A DNA stretch of 26,883 nucleotides, counting the filler, from Candidatus Huberarchaeum crystalense (GTDB taxonomy: Archaea > Huberarchaeota > Huberarchaeia > Huberarchaeales > Huberarchaeaceae): the NCBI GenBank assembly GCA_002790315.1. It is 5 parts of 5 records of this genome, joined end to end, with 100 filler letters (N's around TTAATTAATTAA, not from the genome) between each part and the next. Parts side by side here need not be neighbours in the genome. Positions count along the whole stretch, not along the records: positions 25,162 to 26,883 come from PFUW01000034.1; 4 more parts are not named here. The stretch is one strand, 5' to 3'. The notes beneath the pieces are model-generated. The model had not been told where the DNA came from. It saw only the letters and a list, made by a program, of their open reading frames with translations, and searched no databases. The translations under genes were made by a program, and so were the position numbers. Positions 25,163 to 26,883 of this stretch are shown here, piece by piece (the first letter of the stretch is position 1; the number at the start of each line of letters is the position of its first letter).

Positions 25163-26233
25163 CCGTTTAATACTGGCTCTGATTTTGACTATGTTGATAG
25201 ATTTCAGGATTCAAGCTGGCTTTCTTTAATGAACGATAGGTTGGCAATTGCAAAAAATCTCTTGGAAAATGATGGTAGTTTTTATTTGCATTTGGATTAC
25301 AGGGCGAATCATTTTGGAAAATTAATAGCCGAATATGTTTTTAATAAAGATAATTTTATTAATGAAATTATCTGGTATTATAAAGATGCTTCTGGGGTCG
25401 CCAAGAAGGGTTTTAGAAAAAAACATGATAATATTTATCTGTTTGCTAAATCAGAAAGTTATTTTTTTAATGCCGATGAGATTCGAACAGAATATAGCGA
25501 GTCGACTAAAAGACAAGCAGAAAATAAAACAATATCTTATGGAAGAGAGACTACTCTAAACGAGAAAGGGAAATATCCAGACGATGTTCTAGAAATTGCG
25601 ATAATAAACAGTCAATCAAAGGAAAGGTTTGACTTTAACACACAAAAACCCGAAAAACTTCTTGAACGAATTATTAAGGTATCATCAAACATAAAGACAA
25701 TCATAATGGACTATCATCTTGGCTCGGGTACAACTACAGCGACTGCTCACAAACTTGGCAGACGGTGGCTTGGCGTGGAAATGGGAGAGCATTTTTACAC
25801 TGTAGTTTTACCAAGAATGAAAAAGGTTTTGTCTTATGATAAATCGGGTATTTCAAAGGAAGTCAAAGAATATCAAGGCGGTGGGTTTTTCAAATATTAC
25901 GAACTTGAGCAGTATGAGGACGCGCTAAAAAATTGTAAATACGGTACGAGTGATTTGTTTAGTAAGACAAGCGACAAAGTATATCAAGATTATGTATTTA
26001 TGAAAGATGAAAAAATGCTTTCAGCTTTGGAAATAGATTACAAGAATAAAAAAGTGAAGGTAGATTTGAACAAACTTTATCCCGATATTGATATTGCGGA
26101 AACGCTATCAAACCTAACTGGAAAATGGATTAAGGCCATAAAAGACGGCGANNNNNNNNNNNNNNNNNNNNNNNNNNNNNNNNNNNNNNNNNNNNNNNNN
26201 NNNNNNNNNAAGCCCCTAATCTGGTGGGAATAA
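25163..26233 (+). CDS. mod: Type III restriction-modification methyltransferase (5' partial)
   Basis: In-frame upstream PFNTGSDF (end of DPPF motif IV), SWLSLMNDRL, NEIIW, TQKPEKLLERII, DYHLGSGTT motif I (beta-class order), GGGFFKYY. Confidence 0.9.
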   Translation, partial: PFNTGSDFDYVDRFQDSSWLSLMNDRLAIAKNLLENDGSFYLHLDYRANHFGKLIAEYVFNKDNFINEIIWYYKDASGVAKKGFRKKHDNIYLFAKSESYFFNADEIRTEYSESTKRQAENKTISYGRETTLNEKGKYPDDVLEIAIINSQSKERFDFNTQKPEKLLERIIKVSSNIKTIIMDYHLGSGTTTATAHKLGRRWLGVEMGEHFYTVVLPRMKKVLSYDKSGISKEVKEYQGGGFFKYYELEQYEDALKNCKYGTSDLFSKTSDKVYQDYVFMKDEKMLSALEIDYKNKKVKVDLNKLYPDIDIAETLSNLTGKWIKAIKDGXXXXXXXXXXXXXXXXXXXXKPLIWWE

Positions 26234-26234
26234 T

Positions 26235-26883
26235 ATGAAGACCTATCTGCAATCAATCGTTGATGACTTTTCTTTTGATAATTTGCCGGCAAAATGGCAG
26301 GATTTTGACTTTGGCAGATTTTCTTCCGACAAAACACTATTTGATTTTCAAAAGCAAGGTTTACAGAACGCGCTGAAAGCTCTTTTCCGTTTTTATATTG
26401 ACGAAAAAGGCAATAAAATAAATTTTTTCAATAAATATCAGATAGAAGAAAATTTTGATTACGATTTAAAAAAGAAAGCTGATGGGAAAACTGCTAAATA
26501 TCTTTTAGATTATGAGAAAGATTATCCGGCAATTGACGAGAAGATTTCATTCGCGCATTTTATCAATCGGATGAGTTTTTGGATGGCGACCGGTTCGGGC
26601 AAAACTTTGATTATTGTAAAATTGATTGATTTGCTAGGGACACTTATTCAAAGAAAAGAAATACCGAAAAATGACATTCTTTTCTTGGCTCACAGAGATG
26701 ANNNNNNNNNNNNNNNNNNNNNNNNNNNNNNNNNNNNNNNNAGTTTTAATTTTGAGACGAAAATAAACTTAAAAAGCTTGAAAGATTACGAGAGCGTCAA
26801 GCGAGAGAACTCTTTGCCGTTTGCAAAAAACGAAATTACTGTTTTTTATTATCGTTCTGATCTGATTTCAGATGAACACAAGG
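26235..26883 (+). CDS. res: Type III restriction subunit, SF2 helicase/ATPase (3' partial; not in ORF track)
   Basis: ATG 1 nt after the mod stop: MKTYLQSIVDD...LFDFQKQGLQNAL...INRMSFWMATGSGKTLIIVKLI (Q motif and Walker A). Confidence 0.9.
   Translation, partial: MKTYLQSIVDDFSFDNLPAKWQDFDFGRFSSDKTLFDFQKQGLQNALKALFRFYIDEKGNKINFFNKYQIEENFDYDLKKKADGKTAKYLLDYEKDYPAIDEKISFAHFINRMSFWMATGSGKTLIIVKLIDLLGTLIQRKEIPKNDILFLAHRDXXXXXXXXXXXXXXSFNFETKINLKSLKDYESVKRENSLPFAKNEITVFYYRSDLISDEHK

Noticed and set aside
585-26337. Nested, antisense and alternate-frame ORFs in the track (e.g. 585, 1077, 2735, 3552, 4612, 5429, 5469, 6171, 7351, 9795, 13245, 15491, 20620, 22264, 25335, 26077)
   Set aside because: Shadows of well-supported genes or repeats, with no recognisable motifs.

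Overview
AT-rich (about 30% GC by eye) archaeal DNA with a reduced, DPANN-like gene set; the lineage is inferred, not determined. The window is five contigs joined by artificial N44-TTAATTAATTAA-N44 linkers, so gene adjacency across about 16.7, 19.3, 21.3 and 25.1 kb is not biological. Housekeeping genes: thioredoxin, RFC small subunit, MC1 chromatin protein, uS10, uS19, uL13, eL37, Sm, TFB, RNase HII, DNA ligase, FtsZ, TYW1, aIF2-beta, proteasome alpha, AMMECR1, MetRS and four tRNAs. A type III restriction-modification pair lies at the right end. Signals the ORF track misses: (1) the palindrome GCGCGC is strongly over-represented in all codon phases and in intergenic DNA; (2) an intact but apparently catalytically dead PEP-synthase homologue; (3) a TFB with a long N-terminal tail carrying 26-aa Lys-rich tandem repeats; (4) a doubly frameshifted TyrRS C-terminal remnant; (5) mostly leaderless T-ATG starts and a micro-ORF coupled to AMMECR1; (6) many short tandem duplications at gene borders; (7) partial lipid-synthesis genes at contig edges. 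All family assignments are motif recognition from memory; no searches were run.
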